A DNA stretch of 64,000 bases, taken from a virus. A program made the position numbers and the translations under genes. The stretch is from IMG/VR virus record IMGVR_UViG_3300028392_001993, positions 114,198-178,197 of that record, one strand, 5' to 3'. Every line of letters starts with the position of its first letter. Position 1 is the stretch's first letter. Of this stretch, positions 1 to 11,475 are shown piece by piece. The notes beneath the pieces are model-generated. The model was given only the letters and a program-made list of their open reading frames with translations, ran no database searches and had not been told where the DNA came from.

Positions 1-3000
1 TAGTCCGTGGTTCCCACGGTTAAAATAGTATATGTTGTCCCAATGTTAAACCCTCCAGCAGTAGTTTTGCCAGGAATAGATGTGAATGTAACAATATTAA
101 AGTTATTGTCAATGGTGTAATCAACATTGACTGTTTGTACTTGTCCATTCAAAGTTACCTTGAGTTGGTACTCGTTGTTGATTTGAATAGTACTGTTTAT
201 AGCATAAGAAGTTGTTGTGCCATCAGCAAAAACTTTGATAAACTGACTTTGCCAATCAACATACCCGTAGGCGTGTATACTGTTTAGGCCTGGAGCACCA
301 ATATACATCCAACGTTCATCTAAACTCATTGCTACTGAATAACCAAACTCGCCTGCGCCAGTTAGTAGTGTTCCATAGCCTGCGGGTTGAGTGAGCAACT
401 GCCATTGACCATAAGGAATGACCCCAGGTGCTCCCAGTTGTGGATCACGATAAATCACACAGGCATAACCGTTGTTGGCTTGACTACCGGACCCTAAACT
501 GGCACTTGCACCTGCTACTGCCCAATTTTGATTGCCAAAGTCCACAGCATTACCATATCCGCGTACACCTGTTACATCTAATGTAAGGATAGCATCACCT
601 TGACCCACTGGGCTTACTGGAGTGTATTGATCGCCATAGCTCTTGACATACACATATATTGCACCTTTTGTGGTGCCGGTATTAAATCCATAATTTGGAC
701 TGCCTACCAAGGCGGCCAGTTTATTTCTAGCCTGAGCAACACTTTGGCCGTATTGTTCGTTGGCGTCTAATAGTACAGGATTTAATGCAATGATGCTTGA
801 GAATACATTGTTCTTTTGTAGTACTTCCCATAGCCCTGCACCATTGTCGTCAACCCAAACTTTGGCACCTGGCAAAATATTCAATGCGTACGGCAACGTG
901 TCAACATCGCTGGCCTGACTTATTCTTGTGGTTTGTAAAGTAAATCCAATTCCCGATCCATTGGCCACAGAACGGTTGCTAGTAAATGTAAATGCAATAT
1001 TCACTGTGTCAAGATTTGGCACGCCAAGTACTGTGTATACTCCATTGATTTCAGTATCAAAGAATTTGATGATTAGTTTATCGCCAACACTTAATTTGTG
1101 TTGGTCGTTAAAGATCACACGACTTGTGCCATTTAAGTTATCACAGACGTGCTGGATTTGCCCTGGCACTGCCTGGGCACGATAGATGCCCCAGTCATAA
1201 TTGTTAATCTTGGCAACCCAAATGCTAGTACCTACTTCAATTTTGTCTATATTGGCAGCAAGACTGCTTGGATTTGCAATGTCAAACACTGTGATATCAG
1301 TGTCGTCAAGACTCACATACCCGGCAGTCGGCAATCCAATATCAGTTGGCAGTTCAGTTGTGGTAGGAAGAATGTCAGTACTGGTAAGTTTATAACTTGA
1401 GCGCCACACATCAGTTAGATATATTTGTTGATCTGCTTGACTTGGTTCTTGTGGTACTGTAACTTGTACCAGACTAGGATTAGAACTTAATAGTGCTCTA
1501 TCCAAACGCAACTCAAGGAAACTACGATTAGCATTAGCACCATACACCGCACGTTGCACTGCCCAGTTTTCGTAGATGGTGTAGTCGGCGGCTTCTTTGC
1601 CTAGATTGGCTGCTTTGAAAAGATCAGCGGCTAAGATGGTGCCTTTGGTTCCCAAAAACTGACGATACACGTTTACTTGACTCACATCGTCAAGGTTCAA
1701 TGCGGCTAGATATTGTCGTGGTTTAAATCCTATCAGACCATATGCCAATAAATCATTGTCAGTCTCAATGTTTGCGGCGTTGATGTTGTAACTATTGGCC
1801 AATTGATCGGCCTTGTTGGCCAAGTTAGGTAACAGTCCGAGTTGAATTTGATTGTAGTTGCTTTGTGCCCAGACATTGAAGTCAAACTTTGTGCTAGGCT
1901 GAACAATGGTCAATGCCGACCAATACACATTTTTGTACTTGACAATTTGTCCTTTGGTGTATCGTTTTAGTCCAGTCCACTCTTGGACGTTGTCTTGATT
2001 TAAAATAAATCCTGGAGTATCTACCGATCCATTCCAGTCATTGGTAGTAACTGCCACAAGGTTTAATCTATTTTGTCTTGCCCCAGTTATAGGATCGTAA
2101 ATTAAGTCTCCAAACACACTCTTGTTACTTAATACAATCATATGTTCAAAATTAGTAAATCTTAAGTTGATGTAACTGATACTTTGTGTGCTCAATGGTT
2201 GTATAGTAAAGGTATTGCCTAATCGAACAACGTTCAGAGTCCGGGTGGGGATTTCATTTGAATTTTGGTCTAGCAATAAGTTTTCGCTGGTCTCAGTTAC
2301 AATGCTATCTACTACAGCACCTGGGCGAGTAACAGTCAGCCCCATAGCCAGTGGATTTAAATTAATAATAGCATTAGAACCCCAACCTTGTTGACTCCAA
2401 TACAGGAACTCATTGACCATTCTTGACCAATCAAGAATATAACCATTAACTATATTAGTAAATGTTAAGCCTTGTTTTTCTAATAGTTTTCCGTAACTGA
2501 GCAAGAAATCACTCACCGCAGTTTCGTTTGCAAACACAAATCCATAAGGAACTTGTGTTACGTTATTTGAATAAAAAGTTGGTACTCGTACAGTAATACC
2601 ACCGGCACTGTATTCTTGTAATTTTCCTACTGCTTGACTTTGTAGTATTTCAAAATAGGCCTGTGATGAACCGTATCCAAATACGGCATAGCCGCCGCCG
2701 CCATCTACCTTTTGTACTGCTACACTACTGTACCTAATTTGATCAAATGGTTGGTTTTTGTACAACAAGATGTTGTAACTTTCGTCTGGGATTGTTAGTG
2801 TTGTATTGGTACTGTTAGGACTAGATTTTTCAGTCAACAATTTAATATATTGTTTGTCTGAATAACTGGCCATTCTGTAACACAATCTAACATCCAGCGC
2901 CTTGAGGTCAGCCGTTAACAAATCAGTTGAGTCTATGCCAGTTTGTCTATTGTAATCCACAATCCAGTTGATGTAACTGGCCTTGCTAGTGCCATTGCCA

Positions 3001-6000
3001 TACACTTCAATACCGTTGGCATCTAGTCTATAACGTTGATTGTAAAGGAACTGATTATAGTCAGTATCAAATTTATATAAATCTCGATCAGCAAACAGCG
3101 CAAAGAACTTGGCAGGACGAGTCACTGCCAATACATGCATTACCGAGAATGGATATCCACTAGAGTTCCACCAAGATGCTTCAACTGGGCCACCGTCGCC
3201 AATTGCCCAACTCTTTTGGTATCTAGAACTGATGTTTTGATTTAATGGTACGCCTCCCACAACACTATCTCGTGGGCTCAATAGTTCACCTTCACCTCCT
3301 GTGGGAATAACCGAAGTTAAGCCAGGTCTTGAGTATTTGGGTTTGTAGTAAGGTGCAACCGGATCAGCCACAAGACCAGCTTCTAGGTCATCCCACAACA
3401 CCAAGTTGTCAGCGGTATATGGAGCTGGACCATAACGGCCGACCCACCATGAGGGTTCAACTTCTAATCCCAACATTTCCCAAGGTGAGTAACTGGGTTG
3501 TTGCGTGTCGTAAAAGTAGCGATAGATACCGCGCCAGGCGCCTAGTAAATTTTGCTTATTGAGTTTGTTGGTATCACTGGTATAGTTCCATGTAAATTCA
3601 TTGGTGGCACTAAACACTTGTTCGTTATAGTTTAACTTGTTCCATCCGCAATAACTCAATAGATCTGTGCCAAAAATAGTATTGATTTCTTCAAAGGTAT
3701 ATCCAGTGTCACGGAACTGTCCAGGTAACACATCTTCCACAGTGAGTGGTACAGGATTGCCATCTTGTTTGATGTTGCTGTAAATTCTAGTTTCAAATTC
3801 TAACAACACCTGATCACGAATGTCACCAAACACCGGAGTTTCACTACCGTCGTGGCCGATGATAAATTCACCTGTACCGTTTGAGGTTACCAAGGTTGTG
3901 ATTTCTGGTTGCCATTTTGGATATAACCCCATTTTACTAGGCGTATTAGGTACAAAACTTCCGTAGGTGGCGTTGTATTCGTTGATAATAACAGTATCGC
4001 CAATAGCAAGTGTAGCCGATATTGTCAAACGTGGACCGTCTACCGCCACAACATAATCTTTGTCTCTTGTTAAAATATCATTGTTTAGATATACACAAAG
4101 ACCAAGATAGTTAGATGATGTGTAGTTGTACACCTGTACAGTATCAAATGTGGCCCGAGTTGTTAGGCCCACAGTATAGGTATTACTATAAGTTGTAACA
4201 CCTTGGGGAATCATATCGCCCCAATAGAATGGTTGGGTATCTAATTTTCCTAAAGTGATATCTTGTATGGCCTGATCAAGAATACTAGAGGTAGTTTTAA
4301 GCGCAATGTTATTTTGAATCAACACAGCATCCAGCATCTGTGCTTTGAACTTGATATATTCGCGACTGTTGTATTGTAATGATTCAAATATGTTGTAACT
4401 AGGACTACGCATAAAGTAGCCGGCCAAAGTTAACGGGCTACTTTGTTGTAGAATTTCTAATCCGTAAGGAATGATGTTGCCAAGGTCTCTGCTGTTGTTT
4501 GATCCGTTGATTGGTCCAGTTAAGGTCAATAGATTTTCACAGATACTTTCATAGTGTGTGCGTATGGTGCCCAATGTAAATGCAGGACTGTTTGAATTGA
4601 AAGGATTGCTTTGTAAGTTGTTGGGTACTTGATAAAATCCCACATTGCTGGTTTGGTCGCTTAATGCCAATACTTCAATAACATCTGTGGGTAGATATAT
4701 ATCAGTTAATGTAATAACTGTGTTATCTGTTCCCACAGTATAAGTGTACATACTTGGTTCAATAAACACACTACCAACATAAACTTTTATTACAGGAAAT
4801 GCAATCGATGATTGTGCTAATACTGGAACATCAAGTTTAAGAGTTTGCCCTGTATAGGTAAACTTAAATTGTTGATAAATTTGCTGTGTTACAGCCGCAG
4901 TTTGCCAACCAATCAGTTTATGATATGTTACTCGATCTTCGTACTCTCTAGCGGCACCAGAACTGATAGGATAGGTAGTACTTACATTGTCAATAGTATA
5001 AGTGAACGTGTCAACATACAAGTTATTGTCAAACAAAATATCACCAACGTTGTTGATGTTTAGATATTGTAAGGGGAATTGCAATACAGGATCAAGAATG
5101 GTTGTGTCGCCCACAGCATAACTGAATAATTTTGATCCTGTAAAGTCACTTGATTGGTATTTGACTTTGTTGCCAAAGCTCACACCTTCCGTGTCATACA
5201 CATTGTACAAAGGTGCCTGTTGAACTGCAGTCTTTTGTTGTGCCTGGATCCAAGCAGTTCCATCGTACCAAAATGTTTTTCCAGCAATGGTTTCACCGTT
5301 CAAACAAACAGTAGATTCATCTAGCTGTACTGCACCGTCTGCGGCTTCGGTCAACACGATAATTGGCTGTGATATAAGTGGCGGTATAGTATCTGGGGTT
5401 GCAAAACTTACCACATAAATTTTATCACGCACACTGAGATCAGTGTCCGCGGCAAATATAACTCGCGACCCTTCAACCAATGTGTAACCATTGGTGGTGT
5501 AACTGGTGGTGCCTTCTACGTTTGAAAACGCATCAGTTTCTGCAAAGTCAATGATATCCACTGGTGCTTTGCCTTTGGTACCCATATTCCATAAACGAAT
5601 ACCTGGACGGAACTGTATGATTGGCCGCTTGGCTCTAAAATTATTGTCTAGGTCGGCGACTGTGTTGTTGTATTTGGCTGTGGCATTGATTACATCAATG
5701 TGGAACCAGCGGTTACTTCTTGTCCAGGCATTTAAGTCTCGGCTGGCACGACTAATGGTCAAGTAATCTATATCCCCTGGTTCTACTGCAATTGTGCTGT
5801 CATTGTAATCTGAAGCATAACTTTCGTAGACTGCAAAGTCTTCAACTGGCAATAGATCAATTGCTGAGCCAACACCACTCACATAGTATTCGTGATCGCT
5901 AATGGCAATTGAATTCATTGTGCCTGTGCCGTTTAACAACGTTACCGCTGGGCCATTAGGCACTGCACTTACTGTAAACTTGATTCCACTGGCCGCAATT

Positions 6001-7556
6001 GATCTCACATAGTATGTTGTACCAGCGGTCAAGCCGCCCAGTGTTGGTGTTAAGAATACAACTGCTTGTCCTACATACAAATGAGTAGCATTGTAGTAGG
6101 TGATATAGTTTGTGCCAGCTTCAGTAGCAGTACATTGAAAACTACTAGTTCCCGAAGCATAGCTGGCAGGAACAACATCGCCAGTAAATTTTACTTTGAG
6201 ACCATTGGTAAATGTTACCCCGTTAGGACTTGTATATGTTTTTTTACCAATAATATTATCAATGTCAAGAGTGCTACTATTGCCCGGTTCAACTAGTACA
6301 ATTCGCCCAAAGATTTCTGAGTTAGTTCCAGACTGATAGTACAATGTGTCTTGTACCGCAGTCAGTAAAGGAATCTGTTGAAATGCTCCTACTGCATCTT
6401 TGTACCACTGAGTATTGCTGTATACGGCACCATAGCTGATGTTAAATTTATTAAGATTTGCAATATCTGACGTTTTGCTTAGGTTGATGTAGGTAACACC
6501 GCCATTATCTACATAGGTAATGGTCCAGACTTGATATCTGTCTTCTGGTGGTATGTCTGTTGTTTGACTAAATGTTGTGGTGTCATAACTACCAACCAAT
6601 CCATTGTTGGCTGCACCGGCTGCCAACGGATCAAAAAAAGTAGTGCGTTGCCAGCCGCCTGCTTCGGCATCAGTAATAGGGTTGGTGAATATCAATGTGC
6701 GGTTGTTTAGATTGGTAATGCCATCTATGCCGCCATATTCTAAAATAAAGTCTGTTAGTGATCGATTATTGATTTGATCAAACTGTAAGTTAGTTACCAA
6801 GTCAATGGTGCCAATGCTGTTTAGGTTATAATAAAAACTTTGTGCGTCTTTGAGTGGTGCATTGAATACCACAGTACCAGAACTAGTACCGTTGTCAGCT
6901 ACCCCATAAACATCTCTTGAGCTGATGTTAGGAGTGGCAGGCATGGTACCTGCGATTCCCGGTGCTGCCTGAATCCAAAATTGGTCAGTGACCTGGAAAG
7001 TGTAACTGCCGCCACGCACCAATTCGATTACAGGGTTGTTGCCAATTACACCTGAGAAGTTGTAGGCATTGCCATTGGTTGTGACCACGTAGTTAGCAGT
7101 GGTAGGTATTCCAGTAGAACTAACACTTACTGCCGCAGGGCCGCCTGGAATCCAATAGTATTGACTAAAGTTTATAAATGCATCAAAGTCAACAAACGGA
7201 TCCCAGGTATAATATTCGCTTGAATACAGTCTATCTGGGCGACCACTGTTGCCACCTTGGAACCCCACAGCATCGTTGATGCCAGGATATGTAATGGCAT
7301 TTTTAATAGTGCTAGAATCAGGCACAAGACTGACCACGCCCGGTTCAAGCTGATAGTCAGCTCGTGTCTTGGTGGGTTCAATTACATATTTGTCGTTGGG
7401 GTTTATGCCCGGACCAACAGTACGACCAATAAAGCCTTGTGTTTTTCTAAAGTTAGGCTCTTGAATCAGTTGGTCAAGTGTGGCAGCCAAGAATTGCTTG
7501 TTGGCATCGGTCTGAAAAATTTCAGGAAGAAAATCTACGCTACGTGTGTTGGCCAT
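1..7556 (-). CDS. Very large baseplate wedge-type structural protein (>2,500 aa, 3'-truncated by window edge; T4 gp7-like position)
   Basis: ATG at 7556 overlaps the TAA of the upstream gene (TAATG) and translates as MANTRSVDFLPEIFQTDANKQFLAATLDQLIQEP... The same frame is coding at the left edge (...GFNIGTTYTILTVGTTD). It is absent from the ORF track, consistent with no stop inside the window. Lies directly downstream of the gp6-like gene. Confidence 0.7.
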   Translation of the reverse strand, partial: MANTRSVDFLPEIFQTDANKQFLAATLDQLIQEPNFRKTQGFIGRTVGPGINPNDKYVIEPTKTRADYQLEPGVVSLVPDSSTIKNAITYPGINDAVGFQGGNSGRPDRLYSSEYYTWDPFVDFDAFINFSQYYWIPGGPAAVSVSSTGIPTTANYVVTTNGNAYNFSGVIGNNPVIELVRGGSYTFQVTDQFWIQAAPGIAGTMPATPNISSRDVYGVADNGTSSGTVVFNAPLKDAQSFYYNLNSIGTIDLVTNLQFDQINNRSLTDFILEYGGIDGITNLNNRTLIFTNPITDAEAGGWQRTTFFDPLAAGAANNGLVGSYDTTTFSQTTDIPPEDRYQVWTITYVDNGGVTYINLSKTSDIANLNKFNISYGAVYSNTQWYKDAVGAFQQIPLLTAVQDTLYYQSGTNSEIFGRIVLVEPGNSSTLDIDNIIGKKTYTSPNGVTFTNGLKVKFTGDVVPASYASGTSSFQCTATEAGTNYITYYNATHLYVGQAVVFLTPTLGGLTAGTTYYVRSIAASGIKFTVSAVPNGPAVTLLNGTGTMNSIAISDHEYYVSGVGSAIDLLPVEDFAVYESYASDYNDSTIAVEPGDIDYLTISRASRDLNAWTRSNRWFHIDVINATAKYNNTVADLDNNFRAKRPIIQFRPGIRLWNMGTKGKAPVDIIDFAETDAFSNVEGTTSYTTNGYTLVEGSRVIFAADTDLSVRDKIYVVSFATPDTIPPLISQPIIVLTEAADGAVQLDESTVCLNGETIAGKTFWYDGTAWIQAQQKTAVQQAPLYNVYDTEGVSFGNKVKYQSSDFTGSKLFSYAVGDTTILDPVLQFPLQYLNINNVGDILFDNNLYVDTFTYTIDNVSTTYPISSGAAREYEDRVTYHKLIGWQTAAVTQQIYQQFKFTYTGQTLKLDVPVLAQSSIAFPVIKVYVGSVFIEPSMYTYTVGTDNTVITLTDIYLPTDVIEVLALSDQTSNVGFYQVPNNLQSNPFNSNSPAFTLGTIRTHYESICENLLTLTGPINGSNNSRDLGNIIPYGLEILQQSSPLTLAGYFMRSPSYNIFESLQYNSREYIKFKAQMLDAVLIQNNIALKTTSSILDQAIQDITLGKLDTQPFYWGDMIPQGVTTYSNTYTVGLTTRATFDTVQVYNYTSSNYLGLCVYLNNDILTRDKDYVVAVDGPRLTISATLAIGDTVIINEYNATYGSFVPNTPSKMGLYPKWQPEITTLVTSNGTGEFIIGHDGSETPVFGDIRDQVLLEFETRIYSNIKQDGNPVPLTVEDVLPGQFRDTGYTFEEINTIFGTDLLSYCGWNKLNYNEQVFSATNEFTWNYTSDTNKLNKQNLLGAWRGIYRYFYDTQQPSYSPWEMLGLEVEPSWWVGRYGPAPYTADNLVLWDDLEAGLVADPVAPYYKPKYSRPGLTSVIPTGGEGELLSPRDSVVGGVPLNQNISSRYQKSWAIGDGGPVEASWWNSSGYPFSVMHVLAVTRPAKFFALFADRDLYKFDTDYNQFLYNQRYRLDANGIEVYGNGTSKASYINWIVDYNRQTGIDSTDLLTADLKALDVRLCYRMASYSDKQYIKLLTEKSSPNSTNTTLTIPDESYNILLYKNQPFDQIRYSSVAVQKVDGGGGYAVFGYGSSQAYFEILQSQAVGKLQEYSAGGITVRVPTFYSNNVTQVPYGFVFANETAVSDFLLSYGKLLEKQGLTFTNIVNGYILDWSRMVNEFLYWSQQGWGSNAIINLNPLAMGLTVTRPGAVVDSIVTETSENLLLDQNSNEIPTRTLNVVRLGNTFTIQPLSTQSISYINLRFTNFEHMIVLSNKSVFGDLIYDPITGARQNRLNLVAVTTNDWNGSVDTPGFILNQDNVQEWTGLKRYTKGQIVKYKNVYWSALTIVQPSTKFDFNVWAQSNYNQIQLGLLPNLANKADQLANSYNINAANIETDNDLLAYGLIGFKPRQYLAALNLDDVSQVNVYRQFLGTKGTILAADLFKAANLGKEAADYTIYENWAVQRAVYGANANRSFLELRLDRALLSSNPSLVQVTVPQEPSQADQQIYLTDVWRSSYKLTSTDILPTTTELPTDIGLPTAGYVSLDDTDITVFDIANPSSLAANIDKIEVGTSIWVAKINNYDWGIYRAQAVPGQIQHVCDNLNGTSRVIFNDQHKLSVGDKLIIKFFDTEINGVYTVLGVPNLDTVNIAFTFTSNRSVANGSGIGFTLQTTRISQASDVDTLPYALNILPGAKVWVDDNGAGLWEVLQKNNVFSSIIALNPVLLDANEQYGQSVAQARNKLAALVGSPNYGFNTGTTKGAIYVYVKSYGDQYTPVSPVGQGDAILTLDVTGVRGYGNAVDFGNQNWAVAGASASLGSGSQANNGYACVIYRDPQLGAPGVIPYGQWQLLTQPAGYGTLLTGAGEFGYSVAMSLDERWMYIGAPGLNSIHAYGYVDWQSQFIKVFADGTTTSYAINSTIQINNEYQLKVTLNGQVQTVNVDYTIDNNFNIVTFTSIPGKTTAGGFNIGTTYTILTVGTTD

Positions 7557-10500
7557 TAAACTACTCCGCTACCAGGTGCGGTACGCAAGTTGGTACTGGT
7601 CAATGCTTCAATAACTTCAATGTTGTTGATTGTTGCACCATTTACAAATATTTCGTTTGGTGCTGAACGTATTTCATATAGATCACCAAAACTCTTTTGA
7701 CTGTTGAGTGGTACCAAGACCACTGAACTGATAATTGTTCCAAGCTCTCTATGCAAGTAGGCTGCCAGTTCAGAGAAATAAAATGTGTCACCAAAGTTCC
7801 ACTTGTCTATGCTAAAGTATGTGTTCATTGAGGCTACCACACTACTCTTGATCTCACTGGTACTGGCAGTGCTTCCTTGAGCACGAATCACTTTGATTGT
7901 GGCACGTAATTCTTGTGAGGCTTTCTGGCCAAACAAAGGCTTGAATACTACCGAGTTCAAAATAATATTGTCGCTCAACATTTTGTAATTTTGCAAGCCT
8001 TGGTACTCGGTTGATAGTTCATCAATAGTGGGCACATCAGGTTCCATCACAGTACCTGTTGTGTCACGGATCCAGTTTTGATAGGCAGTATAATAGCTCA
8101 ATGTCACAACATACAGGTCAATGATATTGGTAGTGCCTGGATCAATTCTGGCTGTCAGTGGAGCATTATGTCTATATTGGAAATATAAACTTTGACGCCC
8201 AGTTCTGGCAATCCATTCATTAGTGACATTGATCAAAGTTCTGGCACCAGTATAACTTACTGATAATTGGTAAAAGGCACTTTGCTCATAGGCATAAAAT
8301 ACTTGCCCTGGTGTCCAGGCGCTTTTTTGCAATTCAATTTCGTCGTATGTACCGTAGTCGCTGGTAACCAAGCCCGGCTCTACCAATAGGTAGCGTTGTA
8401 GGTTGTCGAAGTCCACCGTCTTTTGTAAGTACACGTACTTCTGTGTTGGGTTAGTAGTAGGCGCAACAATTTCACTAAAGAAATCTGGATTATCCGGCAC
8501 ACCATCGTTGTCGTTATCACGGTAGCCTACTAACACCTGGAAGTCGTCAACATAGCCATCACTTTCCACCGGTTGTCCAGTAATAGTCATATAGATATCG
8601 CCTGGTAAATGGTCAGTGGAGTCAGGCCGGGTGTTCACTGCCAATACATTAATAAAGTCCTTGATCACCGTGCCTGTACGGCTGTCGTAAATTTGTCCAT
8701 TGCTATAGTAGAAGAAACGTGTTTGGATAACTGATCCAAACGAGTATGCCAGGCCGCGGAAGGTAGTTGTGTAATTTTGATTTTGCACAACAAATTGTAT
8801 TAACCAACTTGCATCTAAGTTAGCGCCCGATGTGTTGCCGGCATACTGTTGACTCCAGGTACTATCTTGTGCCAAGTTAGTGCTAGAAATCAAATACCAC
8901 GAATATGGAGTACCAGTAATATCGCCGTTGTTGTCATAGCCCAAACCAAAGTTGCGATTTAACAAAATTTGTTCGGCAATACTTTGCTCTACCGATACCG
9001 GTAGATCTGTAACAAACAATGGAATAATTGTGTTAACTAATGCACCGGTAGGCACAAAATTATTAAGTGCAACAGGACCGGCGCCTGAAGTAAGATTGCC
9101 AAGACCATTATTATATCCATTACCAACAATGCTGATTGGACTAGCCCAAATTTCTAACTTTTGATCTGCGGCAGTTGGAACACCTTGTTGTAGTTTATTG
9201 TTCTTGTCAAAGTAATAACCAGCAGGAGGAACAAACTTGATCAGGCTACCTACGGCCACATATTTGAATGCTGTGGTTGTGGTTGTACCCACTGGAATAG
9301 GCGAACCGGTAGGCCATTGAACAGAGTAAACATCATTTTTAAAGTATCCTGTGGTTTCGTTGGCCAGTGTGGTACTTTGTGTCCAGCTTGCACCAGGTAC
9401 CCAGACGGTACCACCATATGTGGGCAAGGTAGTGGCTGTGACCCTGGGAAAGTTTTCATAGTAAAACTGCCGCATTGTAGTTGTTGCAATTGATGGCTGT
9501 ACTTGATTAGTAACAAAGTCGGCTATCTCATTGCGGTTGGTCCACGAAAACAACACAGTAGGAAGGATATTCTGTTCCCATAATCCGCCGTCACTACCGA
9601 AAGTATTAGTTGAACTGTATTTGCCAGTATTATCAACCAAATCAAGATAACGACTTGTGCCAATACTAGCACGGTTGAGAGCTTTTGACTTAACAATAGA
9701 ATTGTATTGTGTATATGGAAAAAGGTTGTAATCCTCGCCATTGACCATACGGTCTTGGGTGTAATATCTTGCAGGAGCACGTTGCTTAATAGCTTCAATT
9801 GGCTCACGTGCTTGGCTGTTACTTACTGGTTGAGTAATGCCACAAGTAAACGTTAGTGTTTCTAAGTTGCCAGAACGACTGATGTAACTGATTGGAATAG
9901 TCACTGACTGCATTTCTTCAGGATTAATAATATATTGCAATCCGTTACTTGCGCGAACATACGCACGGAAAGTTCCTACTGGGATTTCTGAGAATACACC
10001 ATCGCCGAACACCATGGTAATCTGATCGTTAGTGCGGCTTGTTACTGAATAGATAGGGCGCAGATCTGTGGCTGTTTGTTCTGCACCAGCTGAGTAAATG
10101 TTTTGAGTATACGCCCACTCTCGACTGACTGTGCCCACATTATCTAATTGAAACAACCAACGGTCTTCGTTGTTGACGCCTTCGATGTTGATGTTCACTG
10201 TGCGGTTGCTGACTTTTTCACTCAAATTAAAGTCTTGATTCTGTAGCACACCTTGCTTGAACATAAAGAAGTAACCGGTGTTGGCTGATTGAAAACCCAG
10301 GCTATCGTTACGGAACAAGATATTGAATGGCACATTTGCTTGTGGTGGCGGCTCATACAAATATGTTTCGCCTGCTGACGTAGATGTCATTGCTTCAAAG
10401 GGCATGTTCACGCCGTCAACAGTAGCAGTATAAGGCACCACTGGCAAGTATCCAGGCACTAGATTAATGCCGTATTCACTGGTAACTACACCTAATAAAG

Positions 10501-11032
10501 TTTGTTTGTTACCTGGTCGACCAACTTTTTGTGTATCAACTAAACTGGCGTTGATGACTGCTGTAAATTGTTCTTGCCAATCTGGATTGGTCTGATCTGC
10601 CCAGTTGATTGTGTAATTTGCTAAATTTACACCTTGATAGTCTACTACATTTTCTGTGGTTTGAACTGAAAATACTTTGAGCAATCCCTGTGCGGCAATA
10701 TTGCGCTTGGCAGTGTAACTAACCAAGTTTGCTAAACGAACTACTGAGTCACGGCGCTCGGCTGTGTCCATGTAGTTTTCACGAGTGTTTAGATCTGTGC
10801 GGAAGGCCAGTGCCTGTCCCATGAACGCAATAACATCCAAGAGAGCAATGTATTCAGATGATTCAATATAGTCATTGAATGTTTCTGGATAATACAAGCG
10901 CAGGTAATCAACAAAACTTTTGCGCAGAGTTTCAAAATCATAACTTTGAAAGTCTGCTTCGCGATAGGTTTGATAGATTTGTTTCCAATCTTGTACACCA
11001 AATATCGCTGTTTGTCTAGTTGTTTTTGCCAT
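7556..11032 (-). CDS. gp6: Baseplate wedge subunit, T4 gp6-like (1158 aa)
   Basis: N-terminal DFETLRKSFVDYLR...FNDYIESSEYIALLD..AF...DTAERRDSVVRLA..VSY and RYYTQDRMVNGEDY match gp6/baseplate-J-type motifs; follows the gp25-like gene. Confidence 0.8.
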   Translation of the reverse strand: MAKTTRQTAIFGVQDWKQIYQTYREADFQSYDFETLRKSFVDYLRLYYPETFNDYIESSEYIALLDVIAFMGQALAFRTDLNTRENYMDTAERRDSVVRLANLVSYTAKRNIAAQGLLKVFSVQTTENVVDYQGVNLANYTINWADQTNPDWQEQFTAVINASLVDTQKVGRPGNKQTLLGVVTSEYGINLVPGYLPVVPYTATVDGVNMPFEAMTSTSAGETYLYEPPPQANVPFNILFRNDSLGFQSANTGYFFMFKQGVLQNQDFNLSEKVSNRTVNINIEGVNNEDRWLFQLDNVGTVSREWAYTQNIYSAGAEQTATDLRPIYSVTSRTNDQITMVFGDGVFSEIPVGTFRAYVRASNGLQYIINPEEMQSVTIPISYISRSGNLETLTFTCGITQPVSNSQAREPIEAIKQRAPARYYTQDRMVNGEDYNLFPYTQYNSIVKSKALNRASIGTSRYLDLVDNTGKYSSTNTFGSDGGLWEQNILPTVLFSWTNRNEIADFVTNQVQPSIATTTMRQFYYENFPRVTATTLPTYGGTVWVPGASWTQSTTLANETTGYFKNDVYSVQWPTGSPIPVGTTTTTAFKYVAVGSLIKFVPPAGYYFDKNNKLQQGVPTAADQKLEIWASPISIVGNGYNNGLGNLTSGAGPVALNNFVPTGALVNTIIPLFVTDLPVSVEQSIAEQILLNRNFGLGYDNNGDITGTPYSWYLISSTNLAQDSTWSQQYAGNTSGANLDASWLIQFVVQNQNYTTTFRGLAYSFGSVIQTRFFYYSNGQIYDSRTGTVIKDFINVLAVNTRPDSTDHLPGDIYMTITGQPVESDGYVDDFQVLVGYRDNDNDGVPDNPDFFSEIVAPTTNPTQKYVYLQKTVDFDNLQRYLLVEPGLVTSDYGTYDEIELQKSAWTPGQVFYAYEQSAFYQLSVSYTGARTLINVTNEWIARTGRQSLYFQYRHNAPLTARIDPGTTNIIDLYVVTLSYYTAYQNWIRDTTGTVMEPDVPTIDELSTEYQGLQNYKMLSDNIILNSVVFKPLFGQKASQELRATIKVIRAQGSTASTSEIKSSVVASMNTYFSIDKWNFGDTFYFSELAAYLHRELGTIISSVVLVPLNSQKSFGDLYEIRSAPNEIFVNGATINNIEVIEALTSTNLRTAPGSGVV

Positions 11033-11079
11033 TATACTGAGCCTCTTCTTTTATTTATGGGATTCAAAAACCGCTCAGT

Positions 11080-11457
11080 TTATACGTATGATGCCGAACG
11101 TTGCTGTAAGTCAAAGAAAATACTTAAACGTTGAGCATTGTCACTGGGTATTACTTGTAATTCAAGTTCAATTAGTATGCCATTCTCTTGTGGGAACACC
11201 TGGGTATCACTGATATAGATGCGTGGATCGCCGCCGGCTACCCGTTGTACTTCAGTTATGATAGAATTTTGTAGTTCTTCCAATTGGTTCTCAAACAAGA
11301 AGTCCCATAGCACAGTACCGTATGCAGGACGTCCTGGCAATTGGCCTTGACGTATGTTAAAGGCATTTAGCAGGTCGCGTTTGATCAAGGCAAAGTCCGT
11401 GAGTGTGAACTTTTTGTATTGATTTTGTGTGTTAAATCCAATGAATGTTTGTGCCAT
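11080..11457 (-). CDS. gp25: Baseplate wedge subunit, gp25/GPW-like (125 aa)
   Basis: LIKRDLLNAFNIRQGQLPGRPAYGTVLWDFLFE...DPRI is the gp25 family signature; size and position fit. Confidence 0.8.
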   Translation of the reverse strand: MAQTFIGFNTQNQYKKFTLTDFALIKRDLLNAFNIRQGQLPGRPAYGTVLWDFLFENQLEELQNSIITEVQRVAGGDPRIYISDTQVFPQENGILIELELQVIPSDNAQRLSIFFDLQQRSASYV

Positions 11458-11475
11458 AATGATATTTATGGGTGC

